Assembly: GCA_951406725.2 (NCBI GenBank)
Contig: OX597815.1
Coordinates: 136,586,001-136,650,000 of the forward strand
DNA: 64,000 nt
Direction of reading: 5' to 3'
Origin: Octopus vulgaris
Taxonomy: Eukaryota
Position 1 is the first letter of the stretch. Each line of letters begins with the position of its first letter. Below are positions 13,613 to 25,920 of this stretch, one piece after another. The notes under the pieces are model-generated. The model was not told the origin of the DNA. It worked only from the letters and a program-made list of their open reading frames with translations, and did no database searches. A program made the translations under genes and the position numbers.

Positions 13613-14330
13613 TTGCGCACCTGTGCAACATGTCCTAACCTGCTAGAAGGATCAGAATTCCTCTTTAAAGAGGGACAGAAATTCAAGATCAAATCTAACT
13701 TTACTTGTGCCTCTGAAAACATAATTTATGTCATAAAATGCTCGGGCTGCCACCAAGACTACGTGGGTTCCACGGGACTATCACTCAGACGTAGATGCAC
13801 ACTGCATCGACAACAGATTGCATTCCCAGAATATAGAATGATACCTTTTAGTGAGCACATTGAGAAATGCGCAAAGCAACTGCTACCACAATTTTAATCT
13901 TTCCATTTTACCAATGTGCTTTCGGATCATCAACACAAATTAGACTAAACAAGGAAACATTCTTCATTGAAAAGTACAAGCCCAGACTCAACCATCCGAA
14001 CATACTGATACAGAGAAATTCACATTAAGGGAAAGGAAAAAAATTTTTAAGCGATTATCTCCCTTACACCGGAAGAAATCACCCACTACCTTCCCTTATT
14101 TAGAACTCTCCGGAGCTTAAACACAAGGATAACTCTATTAAACATAAACATAACGTCACAAGAAATTTGAAAAGCTAAATGCGAAACCGGTCTTTCTTTA
14201 AAAATTATGTCATTATAAAAGAAAAAAAATTTGTTTAAAAATTTTCTAATATTCTTTAGACATATTGACGCAAATATATATATTTTTTAACATTTAAGCC
14301 TTCTGTCGTTTTTTCACTCTTTACTATTTT
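13613..14330 (+). mobile_element. 5'-truncated, well-preserved PLE 3' end: GIY-YIG domain plus terminal region
   Basis: CATC...FTCASENIIYVIKCSGCHQDYVGSTG..LRRRCTLHRQQI; one frameshift at about 13895, then IFPFYQC...RLNKETFFIEKYKPRLN; HHR downstream. Confidence 0.9.
14160..14198 (+). ncRNA. Minimal type-I hammerhead ribozyme motif, U3-A8 core variant
   Basis: AAGAAA(T)-TTGAAAA-GC TAAAT GC-GAAA-CCGGTC-TTTCTT: stem I with one bulged T, 2-bp stem II, palindromic stem III, GUC triplet. Confidence 0.7.
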
Positions 14331-14368
14331 TTATATATTCACCCACGTGCTTTCACAAACCAACTTTC

Positions 14369-14371
<3 letters not shown>

Positions 14372-14450
<79 letters not shown>
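14372..14450. repeat. (CT)n(AT)n microsatellite
   Basis: Direct reading. Confidence 0.95.
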
Positions 14451-14452
<2 letters not shown>

Positions 14453-14459
14453 CCAGGAT

Positions 14460-15175
14460 ATATACATTACCAGGATGGCGACAAAGTGCAGACGACTGGC
14501 TGGGTGGATCCTAAGAACATTCAGAACCAGAGATAAGGAAACCATGATGGTCCTCTGGCGAACATTTGTCCTCAGTCGCCTGGATTACTGCTCACCCACC
14601 AGCGTAAAACTAACAGCGGACCTTGAAGCAATCCAGAGAAGATTCACAAAGAAGATCGTCTCTTTGCAACAGCTCAGCTACTGGGAAAGGTTGAAACAGC
14701 TAAGACTCTACTCCCTGGAGAGAAGACGGAAGAGGTATGCAGTAATATATGTCTGGAAGATCCTGGAAGGAATTGTGCCAAATTTTGGCATTGAAAGCTA
14801 CACCAATGCTAGAACGGGACGACACTGCATAGTGCCAAAGATCCCAGCAATGCCATCACGCTTCAGTACCAGCTTCTGCAACAGCCTGGGTTTCAAGGGC
14901 CCACAGCTTTTTAATATTCTCCCAAAGAGTCTGAGGAACTTGCACAACGTAGATGTAGCGGTTTTTAAATCAAAGCTGGACATCTTCCTGTCAAGAGTCC
15001 CAGATGAACCTACCTCACGGCAAGAGGTGCAAATGAGAGTAGCTGTACTCCATTACTCAAACTCCATTATTCACCAAGTGCCACATATTAGACGAGGTTC
15101 GTTGCAATAACAGTGTAGCACAAAACGGCGGTGCATCAGCATGGTCGCAGCTCTGAGCTGAAACTAGAAAAAAAA

Positions 15176-15176
<1 letters not shown>
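14460..15176 (+). mobile_element. 5'-truncated CR1-group LINE: ORF2 C-terminus (211 aa open), 3' UTR and A-tail
   Basis: GWILRTF...SRLDYCS...LEAIQRRFTK...SYWERLKQLRLYSLERRR...FKSKLDIFL are typical CR1/L2-group post-RT motifs; ends GAAACTAG(A)9. Confidence 0.92.

Positions 15177-15267
<91 letters not shown>
15177..15267. repeat. (GT)n microsatellite
   Basis: Direct reading. Confidence 0.97.
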
Positions 15268-15270
<3 letters not shown>

Positions 15271-15811
15271 TGATAAAGGTTTTGGGAAGCGTACTGAGTG
15301 GTAATAATGATAGAAGAAATATTCGAAATAATGGAGATAACATGTTATTTATTCATATATCGAAATAAAGTTTTTCCAATGAAATAGGATGACATACTGC
15401 TTAAAGATAAAAGGATTTAAGCAATATTTTACGCATTTCCTTGGGAAAATTTAAGAAAGATTTTTATCAGTATAAATAAATATATGCAGAGGAAGACGGT
15501 TGTTTTTATCTGACGGCTTATTCTATAATCTTCACGACAAAACCTCCAGTACCAGTCAACAATATCACAGATTATTCTACACCTGTTGAACTAAATTTAT
15601 TTTAATTCTCTTTAAATACAAATCACCTGCCACTGATCAACAACTTTGATCACTATAAGTCAATGAAATAAGACTTCGTTATTGCAATGTCCTATAAAAA
15701 ATATCAACTAGATATTGGCTCGGAGATAACATAAGTAGCCGCCCACCAAGGCTTCAAGAGCGTTTCATAACCTAGCACATTCGTTTTAGACTGTGTTTGT
15801 GGGATGGTATA

Positions 15812-15902
<91 letters not shown>

Positions 15903-15928
15903 GTGTGTGTGTAGATACATAATTAGAT

Positions 15929-15973
<45 letters not shown>

Positions 15974-15977
15974 TATA

Positions 15978-16332
15978 GTGAAGGCGGCTGTCAGTAGTTA
16001 GAACGTCAGGCTCACAACCATAAGGTAATACGTTCGATTCTTGGACCGGTCTCTATATTGTGTTTTGAGCAAGACAATTTATTTCACGTTACTTCAATTC
16101 ACTCAGCTGTGGAAATGAGCTGAAACGTTTCTTGGCGCCAAGCTGTATAGACATTTTCCTTTTCCTTTCCCTTCGATAACATCGGTGAGAGACATCGTCA
16201 TGAAGAACAGAGATTGCATGCATGGGCAACTGCTGGTCTTCCATAAACAACTTTGTCCGGACTTTGTACCTCGGACCGGGACTTTCTATGTGCAATCCCA
16301 TGATCGTCCAGGACCTAAGGGGGTCTTTACCA
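15978..16332 (+). mobile_element. tRNA-derived CORE-type SINE
   Basis: GTTCGATTC B-box, TGTGTTTTGAGCAAGACAATT...CACTCAGCTGTGGAAATGAG core, flanked by microsatellites. Confidence 0.78.
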
Positions 16333-16336
16333 CATA

Positions 16337-16371
<35 letters not shown>

Positions 16372-16429
16372 TAGAAGACGATAAAGACTATGAGGTTTTA
16401 GAATATGCACATCTAAACTCAGCCAATCA

Positions 16430-17400
16430 CACACAGTATCTGATAAATAGGAAAATACCTTATAGAACATCCTGGGACATAACAGATGCTGGTGTCTCAT
16501 ACCAAAGCCACTGCTTCACATGTGTACTCTGCCTGAAAGATGCCCTCCAAATATTAACTCATAATTCATTGTAATTACTCAATAAACAACACGAAGCATT
16601 TTCTACATGTAATCATAAGTTCTTTGGCAGCTTTAGATTCTTCCATAGGACCAAATGCAAATAAAATCAACACACATAACACTTACCTATATGCATCCAT
16701 GATCGTTACAACATACGTACGCTTTTCCATTCCTTTTCTTCTCTACCAACATAAGTATCTTAGAAGCTAGCCAGTTTTAATTCTTTATTTTTTGATTTTT
16801 CAATTTTAACTTTTAATTTTAAATTTTAATTTTTAACTCAGCTTTTAACTTTTAAATTTTAATTTTTAAATCTTTAATTCGTATCCTTTATGCATTTAAT
16901 TGTAATTTTACCCTATATGTATCCCGTTAAGCTTGTCATTTATTTTTAGCTATCCCTACTGGCCAATGTCCACATCTAACCTAGATTTCATCTATTTAAT
17001 AGATATAAATACCTTCCACCTCCACTTCCCGAAAAACCTTTACGCCTGACCTCTCACCACAAACCGACACTGACTAAGAATAATACTGGCGTCTTATCTC
17101 TGTTTTCTTTTTATTTTCTTATTTCTTACTTTTTATTTTTGATATTTGATTTTACTTTACTTTCGCTCTCATTCCTTTCTTTTTTCTCTCTCTTTCTCCT
17201 CTCTGTTTTATCTACTCACTCACAATCCACTTCAGTATATTTTGATATCAGTTTTTCTCCATATATCCACGTAGACTATTTACATACTAGCAAGCTACTT
17301 AATCAACATAAACGTATAATTCAAAATACTGTCGAAATACTACCTCTATCTGCCTGGGATTATACCTAAGGGTCTATAACTTCATGGAAGTACAGACCAT
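16430..17400 (+). mobile_element. PLE GIY-YIG C-terminus plus AT/pyrimidine-rich 3' region
   Basis: SWDITDAGVSYQSHCFTCVLCLKDALQIL...LLNKQHEAFSTCNH matches the PLE end motif W.I....Y......C.LCL.E...I...LLN...E..S.C.H. The 3' boundary is uncertain. Confidence 0.65.
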
Positions 17401-17444
17401 ACCCTCTAGAAAAGAATGAACTCTGAACCTTTTCTCGTGTCTGT

Positions 17445-18280
17445 ATTCGCACGTCAAAGTGTCAGAGAAATGTCTCAGGCACTTGGTGTCGGTATCACAA
17501 CTGCCTCACGCAATCTGCAGAAAACTGGTGAGGTGTAAAAGCTCGATAAATGGATACCGCATGAGCTCAACGAAAATCAATATGTTCGGCGTTTTGAAGT
17601 GTGCTTGATGCTCTTTGTGTGAAACACCAGCGATCCTTTTCTGGATCAAATAGTCACTTGCGACGAAAAGTGGATCCCTTATGATAACAGTAAACGATTA
17701 GGTCAATGGCTTCATTGTGATGAGACCACCAAACATTTCCCAAAGGCGTAGTTGTATCAGCGAAAGATTTTGGTGAGTGTCTGGTAGTTTTCAATTGGTG
17801 TTGTCCATTACAGCTTTCTGGAAGCCAATCAGAGCATTACAGCAGATGTTTACTGCAATCAACTCGCTGAAATGCATGCTCACTTTCAGCAAAATGAGAC
17901 CTGCATTGGTGAATCGGCATGGCCCTATTCTCCTCCACGACAACGCAAAGCCACATGTTGCAAGAATGACGTTGCAGATACGAGATTTTACACATCCTCC
18001 GTCTTCTCAACTGACTACCATTTTTTAAAGCATTTAAACACGTTTGAATTGATAAAACTTAGAGGTCCAAACCAGAGGTGGAATTAGCTTTCAACGATTT
18101 CTTAGCATCAAAGCCAATAAGTTTTTATCAACGAGACATACATAATCTCGTCGACCGATGGCAGAGATGCATAGATGTTCACGACTCTTACTTTGACTAA
18201 TCAAAACATTTCTATTGTTAATTTTTCCAGAAGAAAATTATGGCTCTGAAATCGGCCATTATATTCGAAACAACCTAATA
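17445..18280 (+). mobile_element. mariner transposon relic, 5'-truncated
   Basis: WIPHEL, IVTCDEKW, ILLHDNAKPH motifs; 3' TIR ending CAACCTAA-TA. Confidence 0.92.
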
Positions 18281-18541
18281 ATAAAAAAACTAATAATATA
18301 TCTATAAGGGAAAATAATTATATGTAATAAAAATATGAATAATTTTTTTAAATAGATACAAAATAAAAATAATAATAAATACGTTGTAACTGTATAATTT
18401 GTATTTGCTTATTAATATATCAAAGTAAATATCCATGTATTCGTGTTCGTCAAATACTATCGAATCAAATTTAATCGTTTGTGTATATAAATATGTATAT
18501 ATATACATATATATATACACTACAAATTTGTGTATATACAA

Positions 18542-18611
<70 letters not shown>

Positions 18612-18699
18612 TTTACATACATAATGGCGTGTGTGTGTGTGTACATATATCATTTGGTCTACAGGAATTGTGTTGAAATTAAATTTGTAGTTAGTGAAT

Positions 18700-19540
18700 A
18701 ATAGTAAATAAAATCGTTGAAATATCCAATTAATGTAAGCATCTAAACTGTTTTGAAAATGCTGTAATCTTTCTATTGATTTGCAATAATGTAAACCTGC
18801 AAATACGTCAACGACATTTTTGGAGTAACTTTTCTTCTGCTCCATGTTATCTCCCTTCTTCACTGACCTATCAAGAATCAGTGCGCATGTAATTGATACT
18901 AAGTTTCTTTAAGAATTTCTAGCACTAATGGGAATCTCATGACACTAGTTTCCATCTCTTTGGATATATCTTTGCACAAGACTAGACCAAAGTCTTATAG
19001 ATGACACTGAGTAAAAAAAATTACAAATGACCTAGTCGTTTTACTTTTCTGTCGATCCATGTATGATAAACTGAATCATCTGTTATCGCTGTGAAACCGC
19101 TAACATTGACAACACAGTTTATTTCTAGTTATACTGATATTCGTTACCAGGTATCATTATGAATCTCTTTCTTAATGCAATGAGTTTCAACGTTATTAAT
19201 TGTAATTAGTGGTTTATATTCCGACAACACTTTGAGCTACAAAATTCCTTTGCGTTTCTCTTTCACCTCTAAGATAGCAGAGACATATAAAGTGCTCAAT
19301 AGTAGAAAATATTTTCTATCATAACATCTGCGTCATATTTGTTATGTAATTTATTACGCTTCGTTGTAAAATTCGTAAATAAATAACATAATATTTTAGC
19401 ATTGTATAACGAAATACCATACCAAATTGCATTATCTGACATCAGACGTTTAAGGTTACTCTCAATATCTGTCAAAATGTATACAGAATGAAAAATATAA
19501 AGATTGTGGTTAAAGCATTTGTGTAATATCATTTCCCTCA
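18700..19540 (-). mobile_element. Highly decayed CR1/L2-like LINE
   Basis: Minus-strand KYDAD (cf. YADD) upstream and SKNVVDVFAGL...FQNSLDAY (cf. RVV..WN.L...FK..LD) downstream. Confidence 0.35.
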
Positions 19541-19775
19541 GGGATTTTCATAATTGTGTTTGCATGTGTGTGTGTGTGTGTGCGTGAATGTGTGAGTGTG
19601 TGTGCATGAATATGTGTGTGTGTGTGTGAATGTGTGTGATCATCATGCGTGTGTCTATATGCGCGCGTGTCTATGTGTGCACGCATGTGTGTATGTGTGT
19701 GTCTCTCTCCATCCTCTAATACTTCTATGTAGTCGTATAAAGTGCTGAGTAAATATAGTTACCTATAATCAAACA

Positions 19776-19778
<3 letters not shown>

Positions 19779-19857
<79 letters not shown>

Positions 19858-19990
19858 GACAGAGAGAGACAGACAGAGACAGAGAGAGACAGAGAGAGAC
19901 AGACAGACAGACGACAGACAGATAAATAGATAAACAGATAGATAGATAGATAGATACATACATACATACATACATACATACATACATACA

Positions 19991-20024
<34 letters not shown>

Positions 20025-20035
20025 CGTACATACAT
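19779..20035. repeat. Compound (AT)/(AG)/(AGAC)/(AGAT)/(ACAT) microsatellite
   Basis: Direct reading. Confidence 0.95.
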
Positions 20036-20961
20036 AGGAGATTATGAGTGTATATTTGTGCATCAATATAAAGATATATTATGCAATAACTTAAAATAAC
20101 TTAAGCCAATAAGAAATCGTTTGAGATAGAACACTTCCTTAAGTGTTTTTGCCCAATTCTATTGATATTCCCAATGAATATGAAAACTACTATTTAGTAT
20201 GTGCTCCTGTATACAAGATATTCTATGTATGTATTTAACCTATTAATGTAGTTATACTATCATATATATATATACATATGTATGCATACTTATAGATATG
20301 ATGATGTATATACACAAACATACATACGAACGCATGCACACGTACACACACAAGAACACACACATCCACACACACTCTCACATATACATATGTATGTACG
20401 TATGCATGCATATTTATATTTTTCAGGTTCATAAAATTGTGTGACAACGACCCCCAACTAATCGTCTTAATACATTCACCGTCTTTCACTTCGTTATTTT
20501 GCTTTTTGTAATTATATATCACCCGATATTCCATATACTAATGGTGCAATGAATAATGCAACTCTCTAATTCAAGCATTTTCTATAGATATGGATTATCA
20601 TGACCAGTCTTTATAGTTTATTATTTTCAATTTATTAAACCCATCAGTGTTGGAGAAGAATATGCACGTAGAAATGTTAATGCATTTCTTGATGAGGATC
20701 CCCGCGATTATATACAGACAACACTTCAACAAAAAGATCGATATACGCATTGCTCTTTTGGTATTAGGTACATCGACGTGTAAGATTTTTTCCTTTTTCC
20801 TTTCTAACTAGCGGGAAATAAATGTGCATCCCTAAAAGCTATATTTATATCGGGCTAACTATCGTATAAGATGTTCTAGCATTATCAATTCAGCAAACCT
20901 TTCATTCTAACCAATAGCACCACTAGAGAAAACATAAATACATATGTGCATCTAGTTAAGT

Positions 20962-21011
<50 letters not shown>

Positions 21012-21222
21012 GAACACACATATACATATAATTATATGTGTGTGTATGTTTGTCTGCATGTATGTGTATATCGAAGAATAGGCCTCTACGTATGCAAGTG
21101 TGTGTATGTCTTTAAATGTTTCCAAGGTATTCAAAATGTATATGCATATATTAACTGAATATACATTATATATGCACGTATTCAGATACATAAATGTAGA
21201 TATGTACATATATTGATAGAAA

Positions 21223-21465
<243 letters not shown>

Positions 21466-21795
21466 ATATGATTTATGGCATATCATATATCATTCATCAT
21501 TTACAAACAACAATTTTACAGGATTTACAAATATCTATAGAATATGTTATGTTTTGTTATTTATGTTTCATAAAGTTATATAAATATAAGAACATGAAAA
21601 ACATGTATTTTTACATATTGCCATATGTAGCATTTTACATCTAAAACCGCCTAATATATTTTAATATTTATGAATATATGTCCACACACGAACACAATTC
21701 TCACGCGTGCGCACACAGATATGTATTATGCATATACTTAAATTTTATGTTTACTCGTACAGATTCCAGTCATTAGTATGATTGCAGCTTTATTT

Positions 21796-22110
21796 TCAAC
21801 TCATTTCTTGGTCGTCTTTTGGAATGTGGTACTTGTGAATCAGTGAGTTGGATATAATTGGCCTTATTTGCGTTTCTTGTCGAAATAAGGGTTCATCTTT
21901 TTTTTTCTCAGATAACAATTTCTCTAAATGTTCTTTAAACACATGCATCTCTATTCTTTGTTGATAAGTTGTGGACACTTGGACCCAAATTTGTTACAGT
22001 ATTACGTGCTTGCTCTTCATGGAGAGCGAGAGATATCTGGCATTATGCAGTGTTATATACGTTGGGAACTGATATAGTTTCCAATCACGAGCTACGAAAG
22101 ACAATTTCTT
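21796..22110 (-). mobile_element. Old copy of the CR1-group LINE seen at 14460
   Basis: HCIMPDI...VFKEHLEKLLSEKKKDEPLFRQETQIRPIISNSLIH aligns with HCIVPKI...VFKSKLDIFLSRVPDEPTSRQEVQMR...SNSIIH. Confidence 0.8.
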
Positions 22111-22189
22111 AGCTTGGTGTAAATTAAATCTTGTGTCAAATTGGGTGAAAATCTCTATAGAAACTTCTGAATTCACTTATATGGGTCGA

Positions 22190-22560
22190 TTATCTGTCTT
22201 TGCTGGTCCAAAAGCCTAGGCACGGCAATTCCACCTGAAAGTTCGGGATAATCTCCTCTTTCGATAGCAAGTACATCGTCTATGTTTACTTGATTCCGTC
22301 TGAGCAAAAGGTCAACAAAGAATAAATTGTGGAAGTTTTGAGGGAGTTGAAGAAGAGATTTCGTCATCAAAGGCCAGAGTACTTGCATCAGGGCAATATA
22401 CCAGTCCGCATTTCCATCCAGGTAAACAACGACATGATAGCGATGGGGATCAAAATTTTGCCTCATCTTCCTTATATTGCCCAGACCTTGCTCCCTGTGA
22501 AGTTTTCGCTGTTCCTCAAGCGAAAGAAGATGAAGGGGGATATGAAAACGGTTCTGGAGT
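22190..22560 (+). mobile_element. mariner transposase fragment
   Basis: VEVLRELKKRFRHQRPE..LHQGN...GIKILPHLPY-CPDLAPC (YSPDLAP motif). Confidence 0.8.
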
Positions 22561-24688
22561 AATGGAGATCATTCATTTTGAAATTTTACGTAAAAAATTG
22601 CTCTTGCATATGCTTCATTGTTCAACTACTAACAAATCACTAAATGCGCTACACATAGATTCACTCGATCACGGCTTCATAAGTAACTGATCTGAAGTGA
22701 TGTGGCTATTATCAGATAAATTGTGAAGGTTAACTCGGCTCAAAACAAAACCAGTATCAAGTAGTAACAGGCAATTCTTAATACAAAAACTATGTAATTA
22801 TGACTGCGGTTGAAACCATATAATCTTTATAAGTGAAATTAATATGCTTAGATATAAGGAAATATCTATATTTTAAAACAATATATTTATTGAATATTAT
22901 CCATCATGTAATATTAATATAAATATCTTTTATATTAAAATTTATGTATATAATACACTACAGATGGCTTAAAAACATATGATGTTTTGTGTTATTTTTA
23001 AACTTTCTATTCAATGAGCTATATTATTCAATGATATTTTTAAAACCTAAAAGATGAATAAACTAGAATAATTAAGTTTCATCAGATTAACAATATATTT
23101 TTGGTTGTGAATAGGTAATAAGAGCATTGGAATGTGTAGTTTCGAAGCTACGCAAGTACATATATAAGCATTGTCGACGAAAAGTCTTTATATTAGTGGA
23201 TGTGTGAGACTAAGAGGATATGAAGAGATAATTTTGGTGCTAATGCATTTATGAATTTCAAAATTGCCTTCAGTACATTAAGTTAAAAATTAAGCTTTGT
23301 GTTTCAAAAAATATTTCATTTAATGTTTTAACTGAAAAGAAATTAACTGTTAAAACTTTCCGGGATTGTTTCAAAACAATCCGTGGCTCATTGTTGGGAT
23401 GTTCGTCTCGGATATTAAGGTGGCATGTAAATTCCAGGGCAATATATTTCCCGATGTTCTGGCATACTTCGCTGTAATAAATACCTGCCTTCTTCGGCTA
23501 TCGCATCAGGTATGTCTCGCTGTCAAGGGTAACGGATATGAAACGGAGTCTTTGTTGGTCCAAAACTACATACGTACTTGAAGCAATTAAAGAATGCATG
23601 ATAAATGCATGAAAGTGTATTTATTTGAGAGTGAAGACCGCTTGCCCAGAATTAAATCTGTTACAAAGAGGAATCTTATGATATTAGTAAAAATTCATTA
23701 TAGAGGTGATCAACTTTTTTGATGAAAATGAATGCTCTGGAATGTAAAGACAATGTGAATAATTTTAAATCAATATAAGTTTGTATTTGAAATGCATACT
23801 ACATCCTATAATTGTTATGTGTGAAAAGCGATAAATATATGACATTTGAATTTCTAATGTAACAAGCATTGTTAAAACAATGGATCACATATAGATTGAG
23901 ACATACTTGTAAACGTTATCTAAACTGTGGTGTTATAAAACTTGTTTGTGCTTAAAAAATGGTTGTCAGTTTATAAAATATATATTATAAAATGAAATTA
24001 TCCTTCAGATGTTTGCCTCATATTAGTGATACATGTGCTAAAACAATATTACAGAAAGTTCCTAGAGGCTGAGACTACAGAATCATATAATTATATATTA
24101 TATAAAACAATTGTTATCAAATTATAGATAGAATGTGAAATTGAATACATTCGTGTATAATGTAGAATATAAATTAGTATAATGTAAACTTGAAATGGAT
24201 TCAAATAAACTGGAATCATAACTTGATATGAGCGTATGTAATCACTTTACTTAAAGATAGTAAAATCAAGTCGTAAAAGTGTCGACTATTGTAATATAAA
24301 TATAATGAAACTTCAATTCAGGTTTTAATATGAATTTGTAGGTTGTAAATTTGATAAGAAAATAGAATGGAATTGCAGACAATAATTGGGTCTCAGTTTA
24401 AACAATTAAACAAATATATCGAAAAGCTGAAACTCTAACATAAATTTTGTTCTCTGTCAGTTACAATTACGTAGTTCCTCTAGTTTTTATTACGAAGTCG
24501 ACATTTTATATTGATGAAGATAACAAATGTTTGTTCTGTCTTGGGAAGGTTATTACGCCAATAATAATAACACGAGCTCTGGTCCAATATCACTGTTTTA
24601 TTGTAAGTCGATTTGTTAAATATCTAAGCAAATAACTGAATGATCGTTTGTTTAATGTACCGGTTGAAAATCAATCGGTTGTTCCTTA

Positions 24689-24729
24689 GTCAAAGTCCTT
24701 TCGTCGTTAATCGCGACCTTTCCAGTGAC
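24689..24729 (-). ncRNA. Degenerate hammerhead-like motif
   Basis: Reverse complement GTCA-CTGGAAA-G-GTCG CGATTAA CGAC-GAAA-GGAC-TT-TGAC; all three stems form and the layout matches 40592, but the core is non-canonical. Confidence 0.4.
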
Positions 24730-25025
24730 ATGCCCCCCCCCCACTCTTCAAGATCTGCTTGGTATCTATCCGAGAATTGGGTTTATGACCTGTGTATATG
24801 CATGCCTGTATGTGTGTATGTAGATATGTGTTTGCTTAGGAGAAATAGATGAGATGAAACGAAGAGTCAGCGAGCGCGTATGTGCGTGTGCGTACATGTG
24901 TGGCTGTGTTTATACCCGCATCACTGTATGCAAGTGTGTATGTCTGTTTCTGAGTGGATGTGCATTAGGCATCCGTGTACTTTTTAAGAGTTCAACCATT
25001 TCTTCATGGTTCCGTCTCAGATTGT

Positions 25026-25616
25026 TAATTCCCATCGGTGGCTCTTACCGCACCTAGAGTTAAACTCAACTCACCTCGCCAGTTTATAAGACATCCATTG
25101 GTTAAACTCATACGCTGATTTCAAAAACGGTAAAAGTGAAAACTACATATATTATGGGTGGCTTATTAGCAATTTAACAACCTAAAGACAAAATTATAGA
25201 TGTTACTAACGTAAAAGAGAGTACTAAGTAGTACCAGCATTGCTAGAAATAAAAGTTTTAAAAAATCAATAGTCACAGATAGCACCATCTAAATGATTGA
25301 CAAGGGCGACAAGCTCCCTATAACAACAGATATAACCAGACCACCAGGGATTTTCAATTTTGATGTTAGAGCATCTTAATTCTCATTGGTGGCTTTTACC
25401 GCGCCTAGAGTTAAACTCGACTCACATTGTCTATTTATATAATATGCTTTGAAATCATACACTGATTTCAAAAATCATTCGTTAAGATAGTGCTATCCGT
25501 GGTTATTGAGTTATTTTGACTCTTATTTCGAGCAATGCTGGTACCCTCTGTCATGTTAGTGACGTCTATAATTTTGCTTTAGGCTGTTAAATTGGTAATA
25601 AGCTATTCATATTATA
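25026..25616. repeat. Combined direct and inverted duplication (A-B-spacer-A-B')
   Basis: A at about 25026-25127 and 25376-25473 (GGTGGCT.TTACCGC.CCTAGAGTTAAACTC.ACTCAC); B at about 25146-25298 is inverted at about 25474-25616 (GTACCAGCATTGCT / AGCAATGCTGGTAC). Confidence 0.85.
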
Positions 25617-25627
25617 TATATATATAT

Positions 25628-25920
<293 letters not shown>

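Noticed and set aside
16368-16419. AGTTTAGAAG...CATCTAAACT hairpin as a possible hammerhead
   Set aside because: Stem I is plausible but both core boxes are too degenerate to call.
16775-16880. Degenerate (TTTTAA)n array as telomere-like or functional repeat
   Set aside because: Low-complexity tract inside a PLE 3' region; not TTAGGG-like.
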